Shown piece after piece: positions 9,801 through 16,812 of a DNA stretch of 60,088 nt. The stretch comes from an uncultured Candidatus Saccharibacteria bacterium. Lineage in GTDB: Bacteria > Patescibacteriota > Minisyncoccia > Minisyncoccales > PEYH01. The translations under genes were made by a program, and so were the position numbers. How positions within the stretch are numbered: the first letter of the stretch is position 1; each line of letters starts with the position of its first letter. The stretch is taken from NCBI GenBank assembly GCA_964470785.1, contig CAYYED010000045.1, forward strand, positions 1 through 60,088, read 5' to 3'. Below the pieces are notes generated by a model that saw only the letters and a list, made by a program, of their open reading frames with translations, searched no databases and was not told the DNA's origin.

Positions 9801-11194
9801 ATATTTTGAAAAACATTGGTAATTCTCCACTGGATAATTTCTTGAGCCCGGGCCTCGCCAATATAGACAATGGACATTAATTGCTCTTTGGAACCGGTAT
9901 TTAAATCCACTAAGCCAAATGGACAGTGTTCCGGGACAATAGGAACGGCTTTGTCTACCTCTTGGTCTATTTGTCCGTCTTTCTCTTGCTCTTTTTGCAA
10001 GGCCTCCAAGGTTCTTCCCATTGCTTCTATTTGTTTTCGCAATTCTTCCACTTGCCGGAATAATTCTTCCAAATCTTGGTCCTGCTCATCTTTTATTTCT
10101 TGGGCAAGTTCTTCTGCCTGCTCTTGCAAAACGCGCAATTCCGCTTCTGAAAAGAATTCTTTCATTGCTTCAATATATTCAAGAATGCGTTTTATAAGGG
10201 CAGAAAGCGCTTCTAAACCGCCTTCTTTCTGAACCGTTTCCCGTGTTACTTGCGGCTCTAAATCCGGCAAGTCCACTAAAGCGGCGCCGCTGAAAAGTCC
10301 GGACATTTTATCGCTGATTGATTGAAAAAACCCCTTAATTCTGCCCCCGATTCGCGCAAAAAAGCCCAGTTCTTGGAATTGGAAATAAGGGACTTGGGAA
10401 GGGAATTCTAAGGTAATATTAGGATTCCTTGTCCAGTTATAATTATGTCTGATTTCTCCGCCCCAATAACCGATTTGTTCGCGCTTCATCTCTCCGCTAA
10501 TGGTCAAAATAAAAGGAGCAATTTTTTGCCCCTGCGTTTGCGCTTGAGTATAATTCCAGCCGGTGCCTGTCATGCTTCCCCAAGAGCCCTGGGAAGCAGG
10601 CGGAGCCATTGCGTGCTGGGAATAAATTTTAATCATTGCTTTTTTGGTTTTAGGCGAATAAACAATAATATATTGAAAACTATGCTCGGTTTTTCTACCT
10701 TGAAGCGTATCATAAGAAAAATCCAAATTTCCTGCTGATATTTTGGTTTCGCTTTCCAAGAGCCATTCTCCTAAATATTTCATTGCCTGCTGTAAACCCA
10801 GTTTTTCCAGTTGTTTAAGCATTGCGGACATGTCCGACATCATGACCACTTTGCCTATTTGATAGGATAATTTAGCAATTTCTATGCCTAATTCTTTAGG
10901 TCCTTCTCGCAAATAATAGTCCCTTAGATTCCCTCTGATTGCCTGGCGTAAAATCATTGTAACTGCCTCTTTTTCCGCGCTTTCTACAAAAACTACTGCA
11001 TCCATCCATTCATTTGTTAATACTTCTGGTAATGAGCGAAAAATGCTTGTGTTATCAGAGTCCGGAAGCTTAACGTGTTTGTCTATTTGTTCTTGGGAAA
11101 GTTCTTGAGCATAACCTATTTGCGGAAATAAAAAAACAAGCCCTAAAGCGCTTAAAATTAGTATAATAAGGATTATTTTATTAAGACCAAGCAT
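6896..11194 (-). CDS. Giant secreted protein: N-terminal unknown domain, coiled coil, ComEA-like HhH, two lamin-tail domains (LTD), acidic linkers, duplicated Gly-rich beta-helix
   Basis: 1432-aa ORF. Signal peptide: KIILIILILSALGLVFLFPQIGYAQ. HhH: NTGSKEQLMSIVYIGEARAQEIIQWR...LLEIKGIGELTLEKIKEQG. LTD-like segments: ILISEIQLSP..FIELYNPNSSAVSLTGWYI and VINEIAWMGT..WLELYNPGEEIIEMAGWRLF. There are D/E/T runs of about 30 and 70 aa. The C-terminus has GGxGGGAIIL/GGSGGS[IV]Y modules. Confidence 0.85.
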   Translation of the reverse strand: MLGLNKIILIILILSALGLVFLFPQIGYAQELSQEQIDKHVKLPDSDNTSIFRSLPEVLTNEWMDAVVFVESAEKEAVTMILRQAIRGNLRDYYLREGPKELGIEIAKLSYQIGKVVMMSDMSAMLKQLEKLGLQQAMKYLGEWLLESETKISAGNLDFSYDTLQGRKTEHSFQYIIVYSPKTKKAMIKIYSQHAMAPPASQGSWGSMTGTGWNYTQAQTQGQKIAPFILTISGEMKREQIGYWGGEIRHNYNWTRNPNITLEFPSQVPYFQFQELGFFARIGGRIKGFFQSISDKMSGLFSGAALVDLPDLEPQVTRETVQKEGGLEALSALIKRILEYIEAMKEFFSEAELRVLQEQAEELAQEIKDEQDQDLEELFRQVEELRKQIEAMGRTLEALQKEQEKDGQIDQEVDKAVPIVPEHCPFGLVDLNTGSKEQLMSIVYIGEARAQEIIQWRITNVFQNIDDLLEIKGIGELTLEKIKEQGCAWVPDGDYDADIDDDTDIDDTDTDTTDTDTDTDDTATSPATGGGGGASAPSYPKILISEIQLSPIGQRFIELYNPNSSAVSLTGWYIQRKTKNADSWGSSVSSTHFDGKIIPAKGYLLIARTADINPDIILDILTLTEDNAIVLKNPNKQEVDKVGWGQAPDFETAPTENPLIEKSIGRKWNTDNQTYQDTNNNANDFEMQVSTPGARNQSYMPEVDEGTGTDDDENDEDGDVDNDEDEEEDNNNDDDTDNEDEEDEDEDEDEEDEEDEEEKKQPEEPLLTAVINEIAWMGTEANWRHQWLELYNPGEEIIEMAGWRLFVPTTETFDIIFEQGTAIQPNGFYVLARGDEDMETLVDVQIDARYGNFGTDWNLNNAGEIIELYNNEGVLIDRVDASQAWFAGDNNTKQTMERIDSAIGGTDSDNWASNNGIGRNGLDIEGNSINGTPGAENSVSKTVVSQDTALPAGEYVFQDLVVKNGATLTLEADEDIEGFKGVKITADNIIIEQSSLMTAVGQGYSQMVSVGKNYSFPDSLGSAGRGREIIPGLCLAAPGGPGGGAIILEIENDLAINGTISTNGLQGVGHLSYGCPATAGGDGGSIYIKTKTLKGNGEISSSGADSIDGGGAGNGGQAAVYYQDDQFQGEIYAYGGSNRTSGGCGSPGTVYFENLGKSKLIIENSCQTGVLELSENLNGIDVLEISNCSLSAEKEIMIQAGEIILNFVLWQNIPKEFLIFRANDLIVENSEIKANIRAEVNDFSLRAGSFLSVSGLGHGSGEGPGTGERIIGGSYGGQGGRNATSSVYGSPENPQDFGSGGGKIPADPGFCSEQSGGAGGGAIIILAENILALDGEISADGEPGIPSPSWGCSATAAGSGGSVYLETGFLEGTGKISANGGNAFTYAGAGGGGRIAIHGDTSGFFGEIEAKGGVNVNNGNYSGQEGTIYPLP

Positions 11195-11823
11195 TAAAAT
11201 ATAATTGTTTCAATAAAAACGCTTTCTAAAAAATTATTAAAAGCATTTAAACACCCTTTTCCTTCTTCAGGTAAAATTCTGGTATCAAAAACATATATTC
11301 TGTCTTCTATGGGTATTTTTATTGCTATTGTTTGCCCCCATTCCGGACGCTCTAAAATCATTCTTGAAGCAGGGTGTCCGTTTATTTCTATGGATTGATA
11401 TTCTCCTGCTGACAATTCTTGAGAAAATCTCTCCGGATCTTGTATTCTATATCTAATAATATTAGACGTTACCTCATCGTGCTCAATCCAAGTACTAATT
11501 CCACAACCTCGAAGCAAAAACCCTCTCTCATCTGCCTCTAAGTCAGGGCTATTGACGTTTATTATCCATTGCTCTGGTCCTATTCTTACCTTGTCCGCGT
11601 TCCAACCCTCGGGCACGCTAAAAGTTAGTCCAACATTCTCGTTGCGGACAATAATTCCTTGGTCTGTTTCCACAAACTGATAGTTTTCCGGCGGCTCAAA
11701 CCTGACTCCGGGGAAAAAACTGCCTTTGTCTATTTGCTTGGAGAGTTCTAACCATAAAAAAATCCCTCCGAAAATGATAATCAGGAAGGACACAATAAAA
11801 AGAAAATATATCTTTTTCTCCAT
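11194..11823 (-). CDS. Membrane-anchored hypothetical protein, translationally coupled to the giant protein
   Basis: The ATG at 11823 (MEKKIYFLFIVSFLIIIFGGIFLWL) is followed by a soluble domain. Its stop overlaps the start of the next gene by 1 nt (TAATG at 11192-11196). Confidence 0.65.
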   Translation of the reverse strand: MEKKIYFLFIVSFLIIIFGGIFLWLELSKQIDKGSFFPGVRFEPPENYQFVETDQGIIVRNENVGLTFSVPEGWNADKVRIGPEQWIINVNSPDLEADERGFLLRGCGISTWIEHDEVTSNIIRYRIQDPERFSQELSAGEYQSIEINGHPASRMILERPEWGQTIAIKIPIEDRIYVFDTRILPEEGKGCLNAFNNFLESVFIETIIF

Positions 11824-12180
11824 TTTTTTAAAAAATTTTAATGTTTTAGACCTAAATCCCTGTCCTGTCTGGCTCAAAAATCAGGGCAGGGCCATTCTTC
11901 TCGACAAGCTCGAAGAATAAATATTACTGTTCGAGTTTATCGAGAACTACATAATTACTGTTCGAGCTCACTAAGAACCATGCATTCAAAAATTATACCA
12001 AAAACCCTTCTCTCCCCTCAACCCCTTCTCCTATGGATAACTTTTTTCTTTATATTTCTCCCCCCCCCTTCCCCCTCTATCTCCTCCCCCCTCCCATTAG
12101 GGGAAGGGGAAGAAAAAAAGGGAGAAAAAAAGGGTAAAAAAGGGTAAAAAAAGGGTAAAAAAAGGGGTTTAATTAGTTGG

Positions 12181-12206
12181 ACAAATATGACGATCGTCAT
12201 ATTTGT
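12181..12206. repeat. Perfect 26-bp palindrome (CGATCG-centred family 'T')
   Basis: ACAAATATGACGATCGTCATATTTGT. Confidence 0.9.
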
Positions 12207-12226
12207 TATACTATTTGAAACGCATT

Positions 12227-12321
12227 CTTCTCGACTCACTCGAATAATATATATAGTTGATGATCTCCGGAACTTCCGAAGTTCCGAAACTTTTCTTTGG
12301 AACTTCGGAAGTTCCGAACGC
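12227..12321 (+). repeat. 95-bp dispersed repeat 'A', copy 1 (contains two 17-mer palindromes)
   Basis: CTTCTCGACTCACTCGAATAATATATATAGTTGATGATCTCCGGAACTTCCGAAGTTCCGAAACTTTTCTTTGGAACTTCGGAAGTTCCGAACGC. It differs from 14986-15080 at 2 positions. Confidence 0.92.
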
Positions 12322-12424
12322 ATTTTTTTCAAAGGGGACTGCCTCTTCTTATAATTGATCCACCAACTAACACAAAAAAATATTATAAAAGCTTTTAAAA
12401 AAAATTGGGCCTTAATCCTACGCC

Positions 12425-12478
12425 TTTTAAAAAATAAGAAGGTCCGCTCTAATAGAGCGGACCTTATCTCTTTTTTTG
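12425..12478. terminator. Bidirectional rho-independent terminator downstream of pyrB
   Basis: AGGTCCGCTCT-AAT-AGAGCGGACCT, flanked by an A-run and a T-run. Confidence 0.75.
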
Positions 12479-12495
12479 AATGTGCTTCTGCTTTA

Positions 12496-13413
12496 TTATT
12501 CGCCAATAATTAGAGATAAAAGTGCCATTCGTACCGGAACGCCATTTGCTGCCTGGCGAAAATAGACAGCGGCAGGCATTTCATCTATTGCCGAATCAAT
12601 TTCGTTTACGCGCGGCAAGGGATGCATTATGGTTATATCTTTGTCAACAATTTTTATCATTTCCTTTGTTAACACATAAACACCTTTTAAGTTTTCGTAT
12701 TCTTCTGTGTTAACAAATCTTTCACGCTGAACACGGGTTATATAGAGCACGTCACAGGAATAAAGAGCTTTATGTAAATCTTGTGTTTGTTCTATGATTA
12801 CACCGGCATTCTCCAGCCCCCGCACTATCTCTTCGGGCATTCTCAACGTCAATGGTGAAACCAATAATAGTTTTACATTATATAAAGAAAGGACTTGAGC
12901 TAAAGAATGAACCGTACGGCCGTGCTTTAAATCCCCGGCCAAAGCTATGGTAAGCCCGTCTATTCTTCCTTTTTCCTGTCTTATAGTGTAAATATCAAGC
13001 AGGGCTTGGGTAGGATGTTGACCGCTCCCGTCCCCGGCATTTATTACCGGACATTCCGCCACTTCTGCTGCCAGCTGAGCTGACCCTATTTCAGGGTGAC
13101 GTAAAACAATAATGTCTACATAGTCATGGATAGAACAAATGGTATCGCAAAGAGATTCACCTTTTGCTACCGAAGAACTATCAGCGTCGGCCATAGAAAT
13201 TACTTTTCCTCCCATTCGAAGCATAGCTGTTTCAAAAGAAAAACGTGTTCGCGTGCTAGGTTCAAAAAAAAGCGTAGCCATAATATTATTTTTCATAATT
13301 TCTATTGTTTCGCTTTTTTTTAAAGCACGGGAAAATTGGGCAGCTTTATCTATTATTATGCTTAAATCCTCGCGCGTAAATTGCTCTGCTGTCAATACAT
13401 CTTTGGCTTTCAA
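12496..13413 (-). CDS. pyrB: Aspartate carbamoyltransferase catalytic subunit
   Basis: STRTRFSFE, HPTQALLD and HPLPR motifs. TTG start preceded by AAAGGAGGAAAAT. Confidence 0.93.
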   Translation of the reverse strand: MKAKDVLTAEQFTREDLSIIIDKAAQFSRALKKSETIEIMKNNIMATLFFEPSTRTRFSFETAMLRMGGKVISMADADSSSVAKGESLCDTICSIHDYVDIIVLRHPEIGSAQLAAEVAECPVINAGDGSGQHPTQALLDIYTIRQEKGRIDGLTIALAGDLKHGRTVHSLAQVLSLYNVKLLLVSPLTLRMPEEIVRGLENAGVIIEQTQDLHKALYSCDVLYITRVQRERFVNTEEYENLKGVYVLTKEMIKIVDKDITIMHPLPRVNEIDSAIDEMPAAVYFRQAANGVPVRMALLSLIIGE

Positions 13414-13458
13414 ATTTTCCTCCTTTTCTTGTTAAAAAAGATGAATGTCTTTAAGGGT

Positions 13459-14118
13459 CTATGAGGCGTGTTGCCCTAACGGATCTTGGAGATAATCAAG
13501 ACAGCGTTTTAGACACTCAAAATTGATCAAGCCCTCTGAATGGTAAAATTCAAGCAGTTGCTTAATCTGAAACACGGAATAAACAAAATACCCTTCTTGT
13601 TCCAAGCGAAGACGACCACCCTGCTCTCTGTCCACTAATACCAGTACGGCCTGAATAATAAGCCCGTGGGCTTCCAAAACCCTGATGGCATCAAGTTTAC
13701 TGTCAGCTCCGGAAACAACATCGTCAATTACGAGTACTTGTTGTCCTAACTCGAATTTTCCCTGTAGTTCGTTAGAAAAACCATGCCCCTGATTGTTTTT
13801 ACGAAGAATCACCCTGTCTAAATAAGCATAATGCGAGATTAGAGCAGTTAGGGAATCGGCTCGGTTCGGAATGCCGCACAAAAGCGCGGGATGAAGGTTA
13901 TTTTCACACATTACTTGAGTCATTAAATTTGTGGCCGTTCTGATATCGTGAACATAGGCAGAAATTACTCCTAAATCAATATAGAAAGGCGATAGCGGGG
14001 CGTTGGGGTATTTTTCATGAAGACGCAAAGAAAACTCTCCAAACTTAATCGCCCCTATCTTGACCAATTGCATAACCAGTTTATGAGATGTGTTTGTCCA
14101 ATGCTCGTTTTTCGACAT
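13459..14118 (-). CDS. pyrE: Orotate phosphoribosyltransferase
   Basis: FGEFSLR...SPFYIDL and the PRPP-binding loop VLVIDDVVSGADSK. Strong SD (AAGGAGGGG) upstream. Operon context. Confidence 0.8.
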   Translation of the reverse strand: MSKNEHWTNTSHKLVMQLVKIGAIKFGEFSLRLHEKYPNAPLSPFYIDLGVISAYVHDIRTATNLMTQVMCENNLHPALLCGIPNRADSLTALISHYAYLDRVILRKNNQGHGFSNELQGKFELGQQVLVIDDVVSGADSKLDAIRVLEAHGLIIQAVLVLVDREQGGRLRLEQEGYFVYSVFQIKQLLEFYHSEGLINFECLKRCLDYLQDPLGQHAS

Positions 14119-14138
14119 TATCCCCTCCTTTAAAGAAC

Positions 14139-14873
14139 TTATAACCTGACCGCCGTCTTAAATAAGACGGCAACCGCTTGCTCTGCTGCCTTGCGAATAT
14201 CTTCTGCTTCGTAGATTTGCCTGCCCACAACGGCGTGGAAATTGCTGCCCATAACAGAAACCATGTTTTCAATGACACCCCCTTGCAAGCCAAAACCGGG
14301 CATATAGAACACAACCTCTTTTGTTTTTGCTGCTCCAATAATATGCCGTCTGTAAGATAAGATAAGCTCGGGCCAAATATTTCCGGGCAAGAAAAAATCC
14401 CTTACGCCTAATTGAGCAGCATGCTTATACATTCTTGACGGAGCATCATCTGCAATAAAGCCCCCTTCTTTGCGCAGAAACTCAGGGTGGGTCATATGCC
14501 CGCCTACAATTACCCTTAGGTTAATGTCTTGACAGTCCTTAATCCAACGCTCTTCTGTTGAGGGTCCGCTAAAGGGAAAAAGAATTAAAGCATCTACTCC
14601 GCTGTTCTTCGCTGTTTTGGAAAACTTGTCTCCTATCGCAGGAATGTCTGTTCCTGCTTTCTGGTGGTCATAGATAACCGGCTTATTGGTAAGTTCTCTA
14701 ATATGGGAAACTACCCTGCCGAGCCCATGATTCAGTCCCAAAATTGCTCCCACTTTATAGCCGCCAATACCTTTTACGTCTCTTGTTTGAAGAACTAAAT
14801 TCTTCAGCTCATCCAGTCCTGCCACGTCACAGGCCACTACTACACTGCTTTCCGCCGTAATTAATCTTTGCAT
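14139..14873 (-). CDS. pyrF: Orotidine-5'-phosphate decarboxylase
   Basis: OMP-decarboxylase-like pattern (VACDV..., YDHQKAGTDIP). Strong SD (AAGGAGGGAG). Operon context. Confidence 0.75.
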   Translation of the reverse strand: MQRLITAESSVVVACDVAGLDELKNLVLQTRDVKGIGGYKVGAILGLNHGLGRVVSHIRELTNKPVIYDHQKAGTDIPAIGDKFSKTAKNSGVDALILFPFSGPSTEERWIKDCQDINLRVIVGGHMTHPEFLRKEGGFIADDAPSRMYKHAAQLGVRDFFLPGNIWPELILSYRRHIIGAAKTKEVVFYMPGFGLQGGVIENMVSVMGSNFHAVVGRQIYEAEDIRKAAEQAVAVLFKTAVRL

Positions 14874-14985
14874 ATCTCCCTCCTTTTTTGCTTTCTATCA
14901 TCTCTCCTTATGCGCTTGTAAAAGAACTATAAAATAATCTTGGGAACTTCGGAAGTTCCCAGACGCGAAAACATGCCTTATTGTA

Positions 14986-15080
14986 CTTCTCGACTAACTC
15001 GAATAATATATATAGTTAATGATCTCCGGAACTTCCGAAGTTCCGAAACTTTTCTTTGGAACTTCGGAAGTTCCGAACGC
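14986..15080 (+). repeat. 95-bp dispersed repeat 'A', copy 2, inside the pyr operon between pyrD-K and pyrF
   Basis: See copy 1. It abuts the pyrD-K stop codon (15080-15082). Confidence 0.92.
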
Positions 15081-16678
15081 TATTTGATTTGATTGGGGTG
15101 CAAGAATGTGCCGTCCACGCAGCTGCGATAGCCCTTTTCTGTGGCGCAAGCCCCGCAAAGCCCTTTTCCGCATCTGGTAATAAATTCAATGGAAGAAAAT
15201 ATTTTATCTTCTGGAAAAAATTGTTTTTGTTTGGGAATAAGCTTTTCTATCATTGGCCGGGGCCCGCAATTAATGCAATATTCCGGTTTTTCTTTTTTAA
15301 TAATTTCTGTTAAATCGTCGGTAATCTGGCCCTTTCTGCCCAATAAACCGTCTTCAGTGAAAAAATAAAGAGAAGAGCATTTATCTTGAAATTTTTCCTG
15401 CATTAAATGGTTTTTGCTTTTAGCGCCCAAAACAGCAATTGTTTCCGGATTTTCCCGAGCAAATAAGTAAAGCGCGGCAATGCCCGTGCCGCCGCCCACC
15501 AAAAGAATTTTACCCTGAATTTTGGGAGCATTGCCATAAGGCCCCCGGACATACAAGCTCCCTCCTGCTTGTAATTGAGTAAGGGATTGAGTAAAACAGC
15601 CCCGCTTTTTTACAAGCAGGGATAAGGGCTCTTTTTCAAAGACGGAAAAGGGCCTCTCTCCTTTTCGGGGAAGCCAGGCAAAAACATATTGCCCCGGCCT
15701 TGCCTCAATTGCTCGATCACATTCTAAAAAAAACAAATCCGGAGCGATTTGAGTGTTTTTAGCTATCTTAAATTTCTGATATTTCATATCTTCATTGCTT
15801 TTTAGAAAACTTTCTGCCAAATTCGTGCCTTGTTCAATATCCTGCAATAATGAAGAAAAATAGTTTTTCATTTCTTGAGTGCTCATTCCGGCCAAAGCCG
15901 AACCAATGCCGAAAAAATCAGCTCCGGTTTTTTGGTATCGTAAAACATCTGCTGATGAAGAAATTCCTCCGCAGGCAATAATCGGCCAGTCCCCCATTTG
16001 CCTGATTTGCTTAACGCTTTCAATCCCGGTTTCCAGCAAGGCCTTGCCGGAAACTCCGCCTATCTTATTGGAAAGCACCGGTTCGTTGTCGTATAAAACC
16101 TGCGCCGGCCCCTTGGTGTTAATTGCAGTAACACCGGCCATGCCTCCTTCTGCAGCCGCTTTAATAGTGGCAGATATGTCTAAATTAGGAGAAATTTTTA
16201 CCAATACCGGCTTACCCAACTCTGCTACTGCCTTTACTGCCTGCTTAACCGTAACCAAATCCTGCCCGATTGTTTGTCCGTATCCTTCTGAATGAGGGCA
16301 GGAAATATTTAATTCAAATCCATCGGCATAATTGAAAAGAGTTTGGGCGACCCTTTTAAATTCTTCAGGATTTTTTCCAAAAATGGAAATCAACAAAAAC
16401 TTATTTTTCGGAATTCTTACTTTTGACAGCTTTTTGGCAAACTCTTCGGCTCCGGAGTTTCTTAATCCCACGGCATTAACAAAAGAAAACGAAGAATGAT
16501 AAGCAAGAATCGGCTCGGGATTTCCTTGTTTGGAAAGAAGCCCAATGCTCTTGGTAGTCAAAATCCCTATTTCCGGAATTTCTTGAGCAATTTTTTCCAA
16601 GACAGGAATTTCGGTTGTTACTACTCCGGAGGGAATAGTAAACGGTCCGCTGATTTGTCTGTGAAAGAGTTTAGGCAT
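15080..16678 (-). CDS. pyrD: Dihydroorotate dehydrogenase class 1B catalytic domain fused to the PyrK-type FAD/[2Fe-2S] electron-transfer domain
   Basis: The N-terminal ~300 aa are PyrD-like (NISCPHS, VKISPN, GGISS). The C-terminal ~230 aa are PyrK-like (RPFSV, LLVGGGTGIAALY, CGKGLCGACA...C). Confidence 0.85.
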   Translation of the reverse strand: MPKLFHRQISGPFTIPSGVVTTEIPVLEKIAQEIPEIGILTTKSIGLLSKQGNPEPILAYHSSFSFVNAVGLRNSGAEEFAKKLSKVRIPKNKFLLISIFGKNPEEFKRVAQTLFNYADGFELNISCPHSEGYGQTIGQDLVTVKQAVKAVAELGKPVLVKISPNLDISATIKAAAEGGMAGVTAINTKGPAQVLYDNEPVLSNKIGGVSGKALLETGIESVKQIRQMGDWPIIACGGISSSADVLRYQKTGADFFGIGSALAGMSTQEMKNYFSSLLQDIEQGTNLAESFLKSNEDMKYQKFKIAKNTQIAPDLFFLECDRAIEARPGQYVFAWLPRKGERPFSVFEKEPLSLLVKKRGCFTQSLTQLQAGGSLYVRGPYGNAPKIQGKILLVGGGTGIAALYLFARENPETIAVLGAKSKNHLMQEKFQDKCSSLYFFTEDGLLGRKGQITDDLTEIIKKEKPEYCINCGPRPMIEKLIPKQKQFFPEDKIFSSIEFITRCGKGLCGACATEKGYRSCVDGTFLHPNQIK

Positions 16679-16712
16679 AAAAAAAATTCCCTTGCGGGAA
16701 CTGTTTGGGGCT

Positions 16713-16740
16713 TAAAAAAAATGAGCAATTGCTCATTAAA
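16713..16740 (-). terminator. Terminator-like hairpin inside the pyr leader (candidate attenuator)
   Basis: On the minus strand: AATGAGCAATTGCTCATT followed by TTTTTTT, between the promoter and the pyrD-K ATG (16678). Confidence 0.4.
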
Positions 16741-16782
16741 AATTTTTTAGTGATGATTGGCAATATTGGCATACTGCCTGTT

Positions 16783-16812
16783 ATTGTATGCTTTTTGTAA
16801 AAACTCTGTCAA
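16783..16812 (-). promoter_or_regulatory. Near-consensus sigma-70 promoter upstream of the pyr operon
   Basis: On the minus strand: TTGACA (16812-16807), 18 nt, TACAAT (16788-16783). Confidence 0.55.

Noticed and set aside
12018-12506. 162-aa ORF in the track, plus similar ORFs at 23810-24019, 37094-37563, 44501-44811, 45631-45942 and 55651-55836
   Set aside because: They lie entirely in repeat-filled intergenic DNA and translate hairpin modules into low-complexity G/E/R/P/S strings. They have no start context. I regard them as spurious.
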